This document shows, piece by piece, positions 38,805 to 51,890 of a stretch of DNA of 64,000 nucleotides. Both the position numbers and the translations under genes were made by a program. Origin of the DNA: Octopus bimaculoides. Its lineage: Eukaryota. The notes below the pieces were generated by a model. It was not told where the DNA came from and did no database searches. It saw only the letters and a list, made by a program, of their open reading frames with translations. How positions within the stretch are numbered: position 1 is the first letter of the stretch; every line of letters starts with the position of its first letter. The DNA lies in the NCBI RefSeq assembly GCF_001194135.2, contig NC_068997.1, positions 10,676,642 through 10,740,641 on the forward strand. The letters are read 5' to 3'.

Positions 38805-39499
38805 GTGTTTGTGTGTTTGTGTGTGCATGTATATGCGTGCGTACGTGTTTCGTGTTTTCCTCTTAAAAATCTATTATAAACATTTGTCTAAATCTATGGA
38901 AATTCCTCCCAATATAGAATTTGTTCCCAAATTGTAATAAAACAAACTTTAGTTACTTTTAGAGCCGAACAATCAATGCAGATTTTATCTGCTTACTACT
39001 GGCTGTTCTATATTAATCTGGCTAGTAGGTGTGGATTAGTTAAAGCCGGATTCCTATGAATTTTTTGTCTGCTGTTACTAGAACATAGATACATTATGTC
39101 AGAAAACACATGACAAATATATTATGTTGGAGTGATAAAGAAATATATCAGAATTATAGCTTTCAAAAAATTCTCACGCAGACGAGAGAGCAGATAAAAT
39201 AAGTAGTCACTATATTTCGTATTCAAAATTAAATGCTATTGACATAACACAGAAAAGCTTTGAGCACTGTTGAATACTAAAACATTGTTACATTGTACTT
39301 GAATGTATTTTCCCGTAGCGAAAATGTATATCTGTAAATCATATACTTATAAAACTTGTAACTTTCAACAATCTGATTCTAATATGAATGTATTACTCTA
39401 ACCTGCTGTTACTATATTCTAGACATTGTAAGCTGCATAAAAGTGTAGTTGACATTTTTATATGACTTAGCCAGAAGAGGATGAGCAAAGCCCGTGATA

Positions 39500-39930
39500 T
39501 TTGCAGAACCTGAGATTGATGGGTTTCCTCATAGCCAAATTCTTAAACATCCAATCATCCATGCGCTTTAAATCATTTGTTAATCATCGTCCCATTGAAT
39601 TTGTTCCACGAAAGCCTTATGACTCTTTAGGAAATGATGATTGTCTATTACTTGGAGAAGAAATTGATGCAGAAAGTGAAGTGCTAAGACTGAATATTGC
39701 AGGAATAAATACAAGAAGGGTTAAGATAGTTAAGAACTGGAGCCCGGAGTCGGAGATGAATTATATGTGACGAGAAGTGAAGTTACAAGTGTTTTAGGTT
39801 GCATTGAATAGGCTGTGGTCCGAGGAGAAGAATCGATAGAAAACTAAGTAGAAAAGGCAGTTGAAGCATTCAACTTCTCTGTGGGATGGAAGTTATACTG
39901 CATATTGATCTGTGGCTCCATGCTAATCAG
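39500..39930 (-). mobile_element. Very degraded CR1/Jockey-like RT fragment
   Basis: LPSH (cf. KLPSYG), FFSSDHS (cf. FLSDRS), PGS-VL (cf. QGSVL) and LTNDLKRMDDWMFKNL (cf. LTSDLxxISDWGxxNL) in the expected order. Confidence 0.35.
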
Positions 39931-40589
39931 TCGGTTGTTTTTTTAATGCAGTACTGGATATTCGTACTTTAAGCAGTAGCACAGTCTCAAATTTGGAGGC
40001 AGTATTTCAACGCAAATATTATATGGTTTAGCACTGAAAACAAGCTATATTTGTGGAATCCATACTACTAAAATTGCAATATTAATCGAAATCCCTAACT
40101 TTTTGGAAACAATCTTAAATAGTAATATACATGAAGAATACAAGCTTACTCTTATTAATTCATGATTATCTTTATGTTATTATAAGTATTGTATTGTGTT
40201 AAGACTAAGGACAAAAGCCTTGCATGTTTTTGATTGGAGTTATAATTTTATTTGAAATTTTTCCAAAAGAACTTTAGTGATAAATGTTAGCCCCACATTC
40301 AGGAGATAATTGTAGGGGTAGAATCAGCCCCAGTGTATTCTAAACATGACCGTATCATCTTTTCAAGCACAGTTTATTTCCGATCACATTTCCCAGCACA
40401 TCTTTATCATTTAGAGTGGACCGTGATTTGAGAGGAATGTGACTGTTCCTTCTGGTAGGTCAGACGACTGCATAAGGCTTTAAAGTAGCATCGACTAGGA
40501 ATTGAAATTGCATCTAATTCTCGGTTTGATGGGAACATTTTTTCTATTTCCCTCGCTCCGTAGTACTTACAGCGAATCTTATTTAACAG

Positions 40590-41812
40590 TGTGTTGGCCA
40601 AAAAGTCAGTTCACTTTTTAAGCGAAAATTGATTTCAAGTTTCAGCATAAGGCTAGCACTTTTGGGGAGGGTTTAAGTCGATTACATCGACCCAAGTATT
40701 CAGCTAGTATCTATTTTCATCGAAACCGAACTGACGAAAGGCAAAGTCGACCCCAAACACAAAGCGGTTTATTAAATCAATGATACTGATGAATAACTCT
40801 TCCAGGGTAATTTTAAACCTTTTCTTTAGAGTTGAAGGTCTCTCTATACAATGAAACTTGAAGACGTGAAAATCTGAAGGTGCAATGACGGATGGATATG
40901 GAGGGTGCAGTAAAACTTCCCAGCCAAGCCCCAGTAATTTCTGCCGCGTCTGCAACGAAGGGTACAGTCTGGTATTGTGATAGATAAAGGGCAATGCCCG
41001 TATACCATCAGCAGCCCATAAAAGCTCATAAAAGAAAACGCTCATTAAATCCCAGCAAATTGAGAGCCTAACCATCTTTAGGTGAAGTCCTGCTTTGGAG
41101 GTTGTTTGTTGTAGTTCGCCGCACTTCTTCCATGATTGTTTGCTCTTTACATGGCTATAGACGATCCTTTTTTATTCTTTCCCTTTCATAATAATCTTCA
41201 AAACGGTGTCATTTTCGTCATATTCCAGCAAACGCTTGCAAACAGAAATCCATTGGGTTAGTTTAGCCTCACTGAATTGATGTAGGGCCCAAACATCGAG
41301 CCTGATGACGTAACAAAGTTGATGCAGATGGTTTTCAACACTAGATTTGAATATTTGGAGAATATCTGTAATCATCCATGTCATATAACGAGAGTTGGTA
41401 TCGACTCACTCCTTCATTTTATCGCTGTTATTTCAATTAGCCAATCAGAGCGAGATGCATCTTGAACCGAAAAAATTTTCAAAACCACTTTTGGCACACA
41501 CACGCTCCGTACCAGCATCCTCTCCGTACACAGCGCATATCTTCCTACAAGTTTTTCCATCGCTTTCTTGACGTTTTCAAAATAAAAAAAGACAAGTGGT
41601 GTCGTTAATATTCGTTTCGGTTCCTCATTTTCAGGGTGATCCCAAACACACAAATTGTAACCCGTCTCGTTGCAAGTTTGCGTCGAACTATGTTGAAGTA
41701 CCAAGTATCTAATGAATGCGCATCTACAAGGGGCAGACTGAAGCTACTAACTTATTAAAGTGCTTGCAGTTTAGTGTCGACAAAAATCGAACAGACTTTG
41801 AGCCAACCTAAT
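40590..41812 (-). mobile_element. mariner (DD34D-type) transposon relic with degenerate TIRs
   Basis: FSVQDASRSD (cf. LEDxPRSGRP), KSSVENHLHQL..RLDVWALHQFSE (WVPHxL), QTRQKLLGLGWEVLLHPPYPSVIAPSDFHVF (HPPYSPDLAPSD). TIR-like ATTAGGTTGGCTCAAAGTCTGTTCGATTTTT (41812 inward) vs GTGTTGGCCAAAAAGTCAGTTCACTTTTT (40591 inward). Confidence 0.85.
40630..40754 (-). mobile_element. SINE family A 3' fragment nested just inside the mariner 3' end
   Basis: TTTGGGGAGGG..AAGTCGATTACATCGACCC...GAAAGGCAAAGTCGACCCC. Confidence 0.75.
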
Positions 41813-43398
41813 CTTTGTAAAAACACTTTTTCTACTTATTTCATTATCTTTCAGACCCCATAACAAACTCTTGAACAAACTCACTCGATAATTCGGTTTC
41901 GCGATTTAATATTCTTTTTTCACCTATGAGATAACTGACTATTTCAAAGGTAAGTCTATGATTCCATCCAGTTTTCTCAGCCTTGTCATTCAGTACTCTT
42001 GTGAGTGGTTCAAGGAAATCAGAATCACGTTTAAATAATGTAAATGAGAAAAATAAACCTCAGTATGCTGTACAGTACTATATTGAAGGAATTACAGAAA
42101 AAGAAGACTTATAAGTTGAATTGTATTTTCAATAAATAATCCAGAAAATTCATGTAAAAGAAAACCTATCAAGTTGCTGTGTGATAAAATAAGTGGTTAG
42201 CTGAAGGTCAGTATTCAATGAACAAGCATAAAAATTTGCTGAATAAAAGGAAAGTAAGTACACACGCAATTCTATACATTATGTTTTCATATAAAAACAA
42301 ATGCGCACATGTTCAATTTACTAAATTAACTTTGTAGTTGTCTTTTGCTTGTGTATTAACAAGATTTCATTCAAAGGAGAAAAAACATAAGACACAGTGA
42401 CGTTAGATTCTAAACAAAATGGAGAGACGTTGCATTTGTAAATATTGAAGACGTGAGGGAAATCATGATCTGTGGCAAATTGCAAGAAACTTATTCAAAT
42501 GCCGTTCAGAAAATTTGGGTTAATAAGTGGAATATCTTAGTTGAATAGAAACTGAATATAATTTAATATCAGGTAATACAAAACTAAACGAGCTCCTAGT
42601 ACGCCCGTTTTGAGATATTATTCTCAAACACATGCTAAAATACACCAGCGTTGGGAAAAGTGATAAATTAATGTTGAATTGTTTTGTGTTATTACAAATT
42701 CATGTAAAGTGATATTTCTGGATATCTTTCAGTCGACACTGAGTATATATAATGAATGAGAGGAAATTGATTCACTCAACGCTTAGCTTGAAATATTACT
42801 GAAGTAATACAAATAGGGTCGTGTCACTTCAAGAGGTGTCTGCTTTTATTGCTGGACAGATAAATGTAGCAGTAGATCTACTGGTTAGCACAGAGATCTC
42901 AGTGTATTGTAAGATATTAACTATATGTTAGATTCGTAACAATAATGTCATGATTGAAAATCATGTTCAGTAATTTCTTAAAAAAAAACTAAAACAAAAA
43001 AGACGTAGTTTGCATCACTTCTGGTAAGCAATGAGATATAATTTACTATTTTATGTTTCAATGTCTAAGACATGTTATTTAGAATAAGATTATAAATTTA
43101 CAGATGAGTCGTCACCCACATCATATGAACGACGATGATGGGAACACGCTTATCATAGAGAAAAACCAAGATCTCTAGCGTGGAAGGAATATATTCGTAC
43201 CCCTAAAGGTTTCACTGATTTTAGGTGTGCTATCAATATTCATTTTCAAATAATCTTTGGATGTTAAGACAAATATTTAAGCCACAACGTGACACCGATA
43301 CTAGAACCCAGCTTAGGCATCTGCCTAAATATAGTACAAGGGGATCATTTATCGAAAGGCGAGGCAGGAACAGAGATCATAATTACTCTCTCTCTTCC

Positions 43399-43489
<91 letters not shown>

Positions 43490-44077
43490 CTATGTGTGTG
43501 TCTGTATTTATGATCATACTCTTCGAAGTAAAGGTTCCTTCTTCATAGTTAATCAGTTTTTATTTGCATGTCCAGGAATATTAAATATCATTACGATTGG
43601 AGATGCAAACATTCGAAATGAGATATAGATATAAATGTTAGCAAAATATTTTGTCAGCAAATACGAGCTTAATAGCCTGTAAAGTGAAACTCGGAAATGT
43701 GTATTACGGCGTTATATCGCTACATTTCTCTTACTCTATTATTTGAAATGAATAATATTAAGAGATAGCACAAAAGTTGCTACAAATCTGCTTAAGCAAT
43801 GCGATTATTACATTCATTTAATCAAAAAGGTATTAAAAGACTGTTCCAATATATTAATTTTGAGCAAAAAATGATCTTATTGTAAAACGTTTAAGTTTAA
43901 ATATTATTAAAATGCATGCACAAAAAATTCATCGAAAATGTATAGAAGACCAACATTCTGCGAACTATTTCAGGTGTATTTAATTGTAGAGGAATGATTA
44001 GAAATTGGCGGCCATTTCATCTAATATTTACGTTTGTTTATGGCACATAATGGTTACAACGAAGTACCGTCACTACT

Positions 44078-44340
44078 AGTATTATTATTCAGTAGTCTTA
44101 TTTATATCACGTGCTTTCACTGCATTACCGGGAGCAGCTGTGTGTGCCTTGGGTATCTGCTGTGGTTTGTTGTATTGAAAGTGTTTTACGTAGGATGTGT
44201 GCGGTGCCTGGTAGTGCTATTTTCTGTATGTTATATATACTTGTTAGTCCTGTAATCTCTGCAGAGATTTATTTGCACATACTTCTAAATTTTTATTTCC
44301 AGGGGATAAAAGAAACAGGATATTCCGGTATTCATGATTT
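44078..44340 (-). mobile_element. R4/Dong-like RLE LINE extreme 3' end
   Basis: Minus strand GLTSIYNIQKIALPGTAHILRKTLSIQ, then 3' UTR CCCAAGGCACAC...GTGAAAGCACG...ACTACTG(AAT)3. Confidence 0.8.
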
Positions 44341-46299
44341 CCAATAGAACAATGATATGTTAATGATATGTTAAGACGAACAGCCTCAACCGGAATTGAG
44401 GCTTATGCAGTGATTTCGACATATTTTAAAGAATTAGGAAGAGTGGAAACATTTCTGTCCTGATATGATTTGAACTCAGATGTAGAGTTGTCTACAATCT
44501 ATCAATTATGTTGTAATGCTTACCTATAAAAGCTATCTGATGATCAATAGATATTTCAAAGCAATTCAGAAATAATGTTTAAGAAAATCGCAGAACTTGT
44601 TTTAGCAAAGAAAAGTTCTGTATTTAAGGCGCAACATTTCAATACTTTAGTATAGTCGTTTGTCGCAAGTTTGTTTCATTGATTCACTCATTTTTTAATC
44701 CAGTAATGTTCCAGCTGTTGTAATACCCAGTTTTTCTTAAACTCTATATAATATCGGTTTTAGAAGATAAAGAAATAGGACGCATCGTCATATAAATCAA
44801 TAAGCGCCGCAACAGATAAATATATTTTCATAATAGTTTCCTTGTTGCGGTAGACTGTATTGTAGGACATGAGTTAAGCACTTAGCATGCCACGTAATTC
44901 TTCTCTTAGTTTGACACATTTTTACTACTGTTCACTTTCCTACTGCAAATGTTTCCCAGAGAGTTATATTGTTTATACCATTCTAGTTGGTTTTCACTAT
45001 TATGCAAGAGATTTGCTTCTATCATATAATGGTAAATATAAAAATTAGCCAATGGAGAGAAATGGTTGTATTGTCAGTTATTTTCATTTATCTATAATAT
45101 GGTTAGTTATTGTATATGTAGTAATGTTGCCTATTATTAATTTTCTATCGATAAAATAAATTATCAGTAATATGCTAGTCGATTCAAATCAATCGGTGAC
45201 ACGACTATCGCTGTAGTGTATATTTAGTTCAGTGATAAATTATGGGGCCAAGAATTTTTTCTTGAATTTGTTTAATTTTAGTGTAGTAGTTATTCGATAA
45301 AATATGCACGTATAACTTCGCTGGTCAGAAAATATACAACTAAATAATTTGCTGCTGCAGAGGACGAAAGCTCTGTAAAATTGACTGTTTCATTTATCTG
45401 GACGTCAGTTGAATATCCTACTGTGGGTACCAACGAGAGAAAGATGAATTAAACCAGATACAGTATATAACGACGAAACTTTGGAAACAGTGGAAATATC
45501 CTCTATCTTTTCTGCTGAGTATTTGTGTAGGAGCATATCAATATGCGACGGTAGAAACTTTCACGTAAATGTTAGTCCAATAAATTACATTTTCTAATTT
45601 GTTTATATGTTGTTCTCTTCTCTTTTATCAGATAAACACATTTATCTGAAATAATTTCAAAATCTCTAAAGAAGTGTTTCTTAACATATCTTAATTGTGT
45701 CTACATTATAAATCGTCTAAATCGGCGGCTAACCATTTAAAGACACAATAATCTAATAGAATTTCAATGTTGCTATTGTCAACTATACAGAATAAATTTG
45801 AAAGCATATAACATTTTGGAGAAGTCTCCAATATTCAGAAAGTATAATGGCAATCTTTTCAAAACGTATTTCTTTAGAATTTTTAAACATAAAATGAGAA
45901 AGAAATTGTATGTTTTCAAAATTGTAGCAAAATTGTGTCTTCCGATTAATACGTGAATATAAAAGAAGGCAAACTCAACTGTTAACGTCTTTTCAGATCG
46001 TCAGTGCGTCCTTTTCCTTTGCTTTGTATTTTTTACTGTTTAACTTGCCAAAATGTTAAGCTTGAGTCGTGCAACTTCTCTATTAAAGAACATTGAAAAG
46101 TCCAAAGCTAAATTTGTTTGATATTGATTTTACATAAACTTTGAATAAAATGTTTTTCAGATGTGCACTTATGGTAGCAATCATTGATTGCATCTCCTTT
46201 CTACATATTATTTTATTCTTCAGAAAATAGATTAAAGTTTTCCTTTTCCCCCTTTTCACTAAAGAGAATGGATCGGAAAATATTTCACATTTAATTTAA

Positions 46300-46341
<42 letters not shown>

Positions 46342-47158
46342 TAAATCTGAGACATCATCATCATCATCATACAAAATCATTATCAATATTAACTACAGCA
46401 ATCAGAACAACGACATCATCATAAAACAACAATTGCAGGCAACAACTCCACGCGAACGACAGCTTCAATCACCATTAATTTCAGCCATTTCTTTTAGAGG
46501 CTCGTAATTAAATTAGTCTGTGGAAGTTTGATATGCTAAAATTGGAAATTATTGGATAAAGCTTTTGCAATAAACTTCAAATATAACACAATATATTAAA
46601 AATAAATAAATAAATTTTAAACGGAAAAAACGTAATAAAAATTAACCCCCCCCACCCAAAATGTAGTAACATGATTTTAAAACCGTAAGACTGTCAACAA
46701 TAGCAAATACAATGTCAAGATTTACGCACAAAGAAATACTAATTTCTTCGAAATTGGAAAGTACCTATAAATGCAACATTCTTTAAAATGAATTTATTAA
46801 TTCAAAGCCATCAATGATGACTAAAATTAAACGATACAGATTCAACTTCAAGAACTAAGTTTAACAGATTTCCTGAAGTTACCAGTTGCAAGGATTTAAC
46901 GTATTGCATAATGCCGAATTCGTTGTTTCCAGCTGTTCTGTACTATTATAATTCATTAATTTCGATCGAGCTTGTGCATGCTCTCCGTTGCATCTGTTCT
47001 TTTACAAAAACATTTTTCCACACGCTAAACATATCATATTACTACCTATTATTATACAAAAGTGTGCCACGGAGCAAGGCTTAAAATACCAACAAATCAA
47101 TAATTCAGAGAATCTTCAGTTCTCGGTTCTAATTGTTTCTCATTACTAATTACAGCTA

Positions 47159-47360
47159 TAAGGAGCGAGCTGGCAGAAGCGTCAGCGCATCGGACCAAAT
47201 GTTAACGACATTTCTTCCTGTTCAAATTCTTCCGAGGTCAACTTTGTAATTCATTGTTTTGGAGCCGATGAAATAAGTAGTGCCAAGTGAGTACTGGAAT
47301 CGATATGATCAATTAGCACTCGTTTTCCAAATTTGATGGTTTTATACCAAAATACGAAAC
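47159..47360 (+). mobile_element. SINE family A, diverged
   Basis: GCGAGCTGGCAGAAGCGTCAGC...GTTCAAATTCTTCCGAGGTCAACTTTG...GATGAAATAAGTA. Confidence 0.7.
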
Positions 47361-48819
47361 TACTATTTACACTGCTCTATGAATCCTCCTGCAGTCACCT
47401 TTGCAACTAAACCCTCCGGAGTAAATGAAATAAAGTCTCACTGAAGTGGTACATTCGATTGTCTGGACTAACTCCAATCCCTTATAATTGCTGGCCTTGT
47501 GCCTAAATCAGAAACTCCTATATTGCTATATTCGCCAAGAAATAATATTTGAACATCACACATTCTCATTACTTTGCTTAAACAAAGTTTACCAAAAACT
47601 GCAATCCAAAATTGTTGGACAATTTATATTTCGGAGTTAGGGGTCTTCCAGTTTTCTATCTTGAAAAGAACTACCATTAATGCAAATAATTTCACTTTCA
47701 ATTACAAATGTAATTCCAATTAATTAAAAGTTATTTTTATTTAACTACATTGCATATGTTAGTCTGAATTTGGTGGCTAAATGATCGACGGTGGAGAGGC
47801 TTCCAGATAACTTTAATTTTCTCTTTTCAATTGCTTATAAGATACATCAATTTTGCAAGATAACATTTATTAAAATAGAAATTTATTTTAGGTGACATAG
47901 AGATGTACAATAGTAGTTCCGTTGTACTTGTAACCTGGAAGGACAGTTAAGCAAACAACCTTACAAAAGAATAATTATTTGGAGGTTATATGTCTTTCTA
48001 AAACAATGAAACTATGTATGTTTAGGCCGTTGCTTTCTATTTCGACAACAAAATAAAATTGCGCGCTTACATGTAACTCATATTAAACTAGTTGATTTTA
48101 GGGAAAGACAAATATATAAATTTATTTGTTTTCATGTTTCACTACTGATATTAATTGCCTAACTGAGAAACGATATATTATCAATTAAAACCTTCATTTT
48201 CGCGAACATGTTTTCGCTAAGAAAATAAATCTAATTCATTGTGCTAAATAACAACAGCGTTGTTATTTAGTATCATATCAGTTATGTCATCTAGTAAATT
48301 TAAAGACTTGCAGGCTTGAGCACATGTTTTTCCCCAATGATATGCAATTGCTTAATATAATGTCCTTCTTCCTTCTTCAGGAAATAGCGTGCGGATTTAT
48401 AGAGTACAATATTCTAACTCAGGATGATTAGTTGTGAATTGGTGTAGATTTGGCTACTATTTCTCATAGACCGAGTGTCCGTTTTTGGTCATTATTCTGA
48501 AGTGTAGTGACACGCACTAGAAATGAAATGGAATGTCTTTAACTAAATCTATAACATCAACTTTACGTAACATAATAATCAATGACATTGTCTACAACCA
48601 ATGACACTTGAGACAATGCCATATACATTTTCATGATTGCAAAGGATTTAATTAAAGTCAATCAAATTATCTTCCTTCGTCACTTTCACAGTAACCACGA
48701 TATATTTAATTACAGCTTTCATATTCTGAGCTTCATATTCAGAATTAATTACGTCATGTATATTCTGGGATCGATTTTGCTTTCCTTCATGCTATTATGG
48801 TCGATATGCAGAATCTAAG

Positions 48820-49725
48820 ATTTTGAACGAGAAACGGCAAGGTGATTGACACTCGTCGCCATGAGTATAGTCATGAAAGCACGGATGTGCACAGCCCTGA
48901 TCCAGTATATCGAAAGCTATCGCCACTTCATGCGATACATCATAGATGGGTTTTCGATCAACTTAGGTCGATAATGTGAAGTAGTGTTACTTATTGGCTG
49001 TCCTCAGTGCAGTCGGTTTTGGTCCCGTCTTCAGAGGCTGGATCGCTTCAATGATCAGCGGTGTCTGCTTGGTCGTCAGAAAAAATGGCCACCTTTTAGA
49101 ATCATTTGAAATGACACGATTGGTCCGACAACGTTGTCTTCTCTCATCTCATGTATTTACTGACGCTCCAACCTGTCTAGTAGAAGTTAAAGCCATTGAA
49201 ACGCAATCAGCTCTAACTGGTTTGGTTAAGAGTCATGTCGATACGGAAATCGAGGGGCCTGACAACATTATAAAGGAATGCGAGGATATAGCAGGGTCAA
49301 AATTCAGTCAGGGAAAATTAGCAGGCTTGTGAGTGCATCTGAGAAGACAATTCCTAGCCTTCAAATAGCGTCAGGGGCAAGATACGTATAGCGCTGTTAA
49401 AGTTATGTGGTGTCCGCTTCGGTCCAGACATCCAAGTGGATAAGAACGGGGACAAATGTACACAAAAGTGATTAATCTTATCCAGAAATAAGTTGAGAGG
49501 AAGCTATTCTTTAAAGGTCAGCAGAGGGGATAAAAACATACGTAGCCTTCATTATATGGTTACCATTGACCATTGTAATTTACCCCAGTTCACATCTGAC
49601 CGGGATGGGTCAATGCTATTTAGTTTCTTGCGGAAGTGTTGGTCATATCCATTTTCCTTGGCCGTAGAGTAGTAAAAGTAAATATGGTTGGTGTGCTTCG
49701 TTTGGATAGCCCTAAGAACGAGTTT
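48820..49725 (+). mobile_element. Tx1/L1-clade LINE RT-thumb fragment A
   Basis: HFMRYIID..SINL, AVLSAVGFGPVFRGWIASMISGVCLVVRKNGHLLESFEMTRLVRQRCLLS (ORF 48994-49332; cf. SVRQGCPLS), CEDIAGSKFSQGKLAGL, ERKLFFKG. Confidence 0.75.
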
Positions 49726-49779
49726 TATTTTTATGTACCATACATATATAGATACCTCTCTGTAGTTATATGCTGTAGC

Positions 49780-50115
49780 TGGCAGCAGAACAGGAGAACT
49801 CTCAGTTAACTGAAAAGTTGTTGCACTGTGGAGGACGAACCCAAGCATAGGGGATCACATTAATAATTTTCAGTCCATGACTCTGTTAAACACAAATTAC
49901 GAGATGTTGGCCACAATGTTTATTAGCAAAGTGGTTGGTTCTTGTAAACTCTGAAGTAATTTGTGTTACGCAAACATGCCCCATCCCGAAGAAATACATC
50001 TATAACAATCTCCTCCTCGTGCAATATATCATAAAGAAGATGAATAAGAAATATGGTATGGCTGAGAATCTGATCAGTCTAGCTCAATCAAAAGCTTTTG
50101 ACATTATACCAGGCA
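49780..50115 (+). mobile_element. Tx1/L1-clade LINE RT N-terminal fragment B
   Basis: VVALWRTNPSIGDHINNFQSMTLLNT (cf. NFRPITLLN), QTCPIPKKYIYNNLLLVQYII...LISLAQSKAFD (ORF 49935-50174). Confidence 0.75.
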
Positions 50116-50167
50116 GCTGTACTCTCGGTGGGTGGCCGATTTCGGTTACGTCTTCTGCGATTGAATT

Positions 50168-51022
50168 GCCATAACACAGAGTGATATCTGACAAATATAC
50201 GATGCCTAATACACGATGTCTGATAAGGGTACACTAGATATATGAATCACGACCATATGTGCATGACATGGTGACCCCATATCTAGATAAACAGGTAGTT
50301 AGAATTTCCTTATGGTCAGATGAGGGCTGTTTCCATGTGTGAAGTACTAAGGCCATATGAGCATGACGTGGTGACTTCATATCAAGATAAACAGCACAAT
50401 ACTTTACAGGTAGGGACTTGTTAGAATTTTCTTATGGTCAGGTAAAGGCTGTTTCCATGTGTGAAGTATTCAGACCCCCGGGTATGATGCTCCCCATCTA
50501 CTCCTGTCATGGAGTAAAGATTGTTTGCCGACATAACATGGCAGTCCCCACTCGGCTCAAAACAATAACCCAGAAATCGCGAAACTGAGATATATTTTTG
50601 AGCTGAGTGGAGGTGCTAGATTTCCTTGTTCGAAAATATAAGGACACAGTTCGTGTCGTATAGCCAGCTGGAGGCGATGTCTTCTGGGGCTAAATTACAG
50701 CAGCATTCGTCTTAAAACCAGGACTACCATGTCATGTTGGCAAACAATCTTTACTCCACAGTACTGTTGCTGAATATCTCTCGTTGTGAGATTTACAAAT
50801 AGTAATTTCCTACTCTACTCCTGTCTTGATCAGAGATGCACACATCGTCAGCTACTGAGGGACATGCTTAACTGGTTAAGATGAAGCAACCGATAAGCAA
50901 TTTCGTGGTATCGAGAGCAGAATATTTGTTGTAGTTCATCTTTTAAAGCAAAACAAGATATGTACACTTTCAATCAGTTAAATCAGAAACGGTGAGAGCC
51001 AATGTCTGGTATTGCATCAGTG
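50168..51022. mobile_element. Repeat D copy with internal tandem duplication and a nested insertion
   Basis: TGATAAGGGTACACTAG, ATATCAAGATAAACAGC and GATCAGAGATGCACACATCGTCAGC match the other D copies; duplicated unit at 50251-50348 and 50351-50470; insertion at 50509-50814. Confidence 0.75.
50510..50760. mobile_element. MITE-like element with 38-bp TIRs
   Basis: 50510-50547 vs reverse complement of 50721-50758: 35/38 identical; right end ...TTACTCCACAG|TA. Confidence 0.8.
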
Positions 51023-51044
51023 TTTTTATTTTACTGGCAAATTT

Positions 51045-51890
51045 ATTCGAACTTCAGACAGAATGCATGAATGCATGTGTTACGGTGCCTTACACTCTCC
51101 GTTTGAATCCGGCTAAAGTCAGTTTTACACTTCATCCCTCCGGATCAATAACAAAGTACCAATAAAATATTCGATCGATAATGTCGATCTCTCACTTACA
51201 CCTTGTGACTTTGTTAGGAACAGTAAGGGTGGTGGATTGGAAATATTGTTACAGCGACGGACAAAATGCCTTACGTAATTTAGGACGGGTTTCTAAGTTT
51301 TGAGTTCAAATATCGTTTATTAGTTTTATTTCTTTTCAACCCTCCGAAGTCGATCATATATTGGACTATGGTCAATGATATCAACTAAAGTAGTCGTAAA
51401 AATATCTGGCCTTGTGCTTATCTTGTAAGCTATTACCGTTATTACTATTGCTAAGGCGGCGAGCAAGCAGATTCGTCACCGCATCGGACATAATGCTTAG
51501 TGGTACTTCTTTCGGCTTTTTACTCATTGAGTTCAAATCTCGCTGAAGTTAACATTGCCTTTAATCTATTTGGGATCGATAAAATAAAGAACCACCCAAG
51601 TACTGAGATCGATGTAATTAATTAATTCCTTCTCACCAGGATTGCTGGCCTTGTACCAAAATATACTGCAATGATTATTACTTTTACTTCTCTGGATAAA
51701 AAAAAAAAGCATCATGCTGGTAGTAGTTATTCCAGTTCTTCGCGATTTGATTTCAAATCCTGCCAAAGCCAACATTGATTTAGATCTCTCTGGATTGGTT
51801 AAGATGTAATGACAGTTACATAATAGTGTCGATTTAATACTATAAACCCTTACATCTTAAGTCGTGCCTAAATTAGAAACATATCACAGT
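51045..51890 (+). mobile_element. Cluster of about four head-to-tail degraded SINE family A copies
   Basis: B-box/central-like motifs at ~51100 (GTTTGAATCC), ~51302 (GAGTTCAAAT), ~51529 (GAGTTCAAATC, with intact head TAAGGCGGCGAGC at ~51452) and ~51750 (TTTCAAATCC), most followed by CCTTGTGC-like tails. Confidence 0.6.

Noticed and set aside
43101-43140. CAGATGA-GTCGT...ACGAC-GATG hammerhead-like string
   Set aside because: Stem II is good but GAAA is missing, U4 is altered, and no stem I or NUH site fits.
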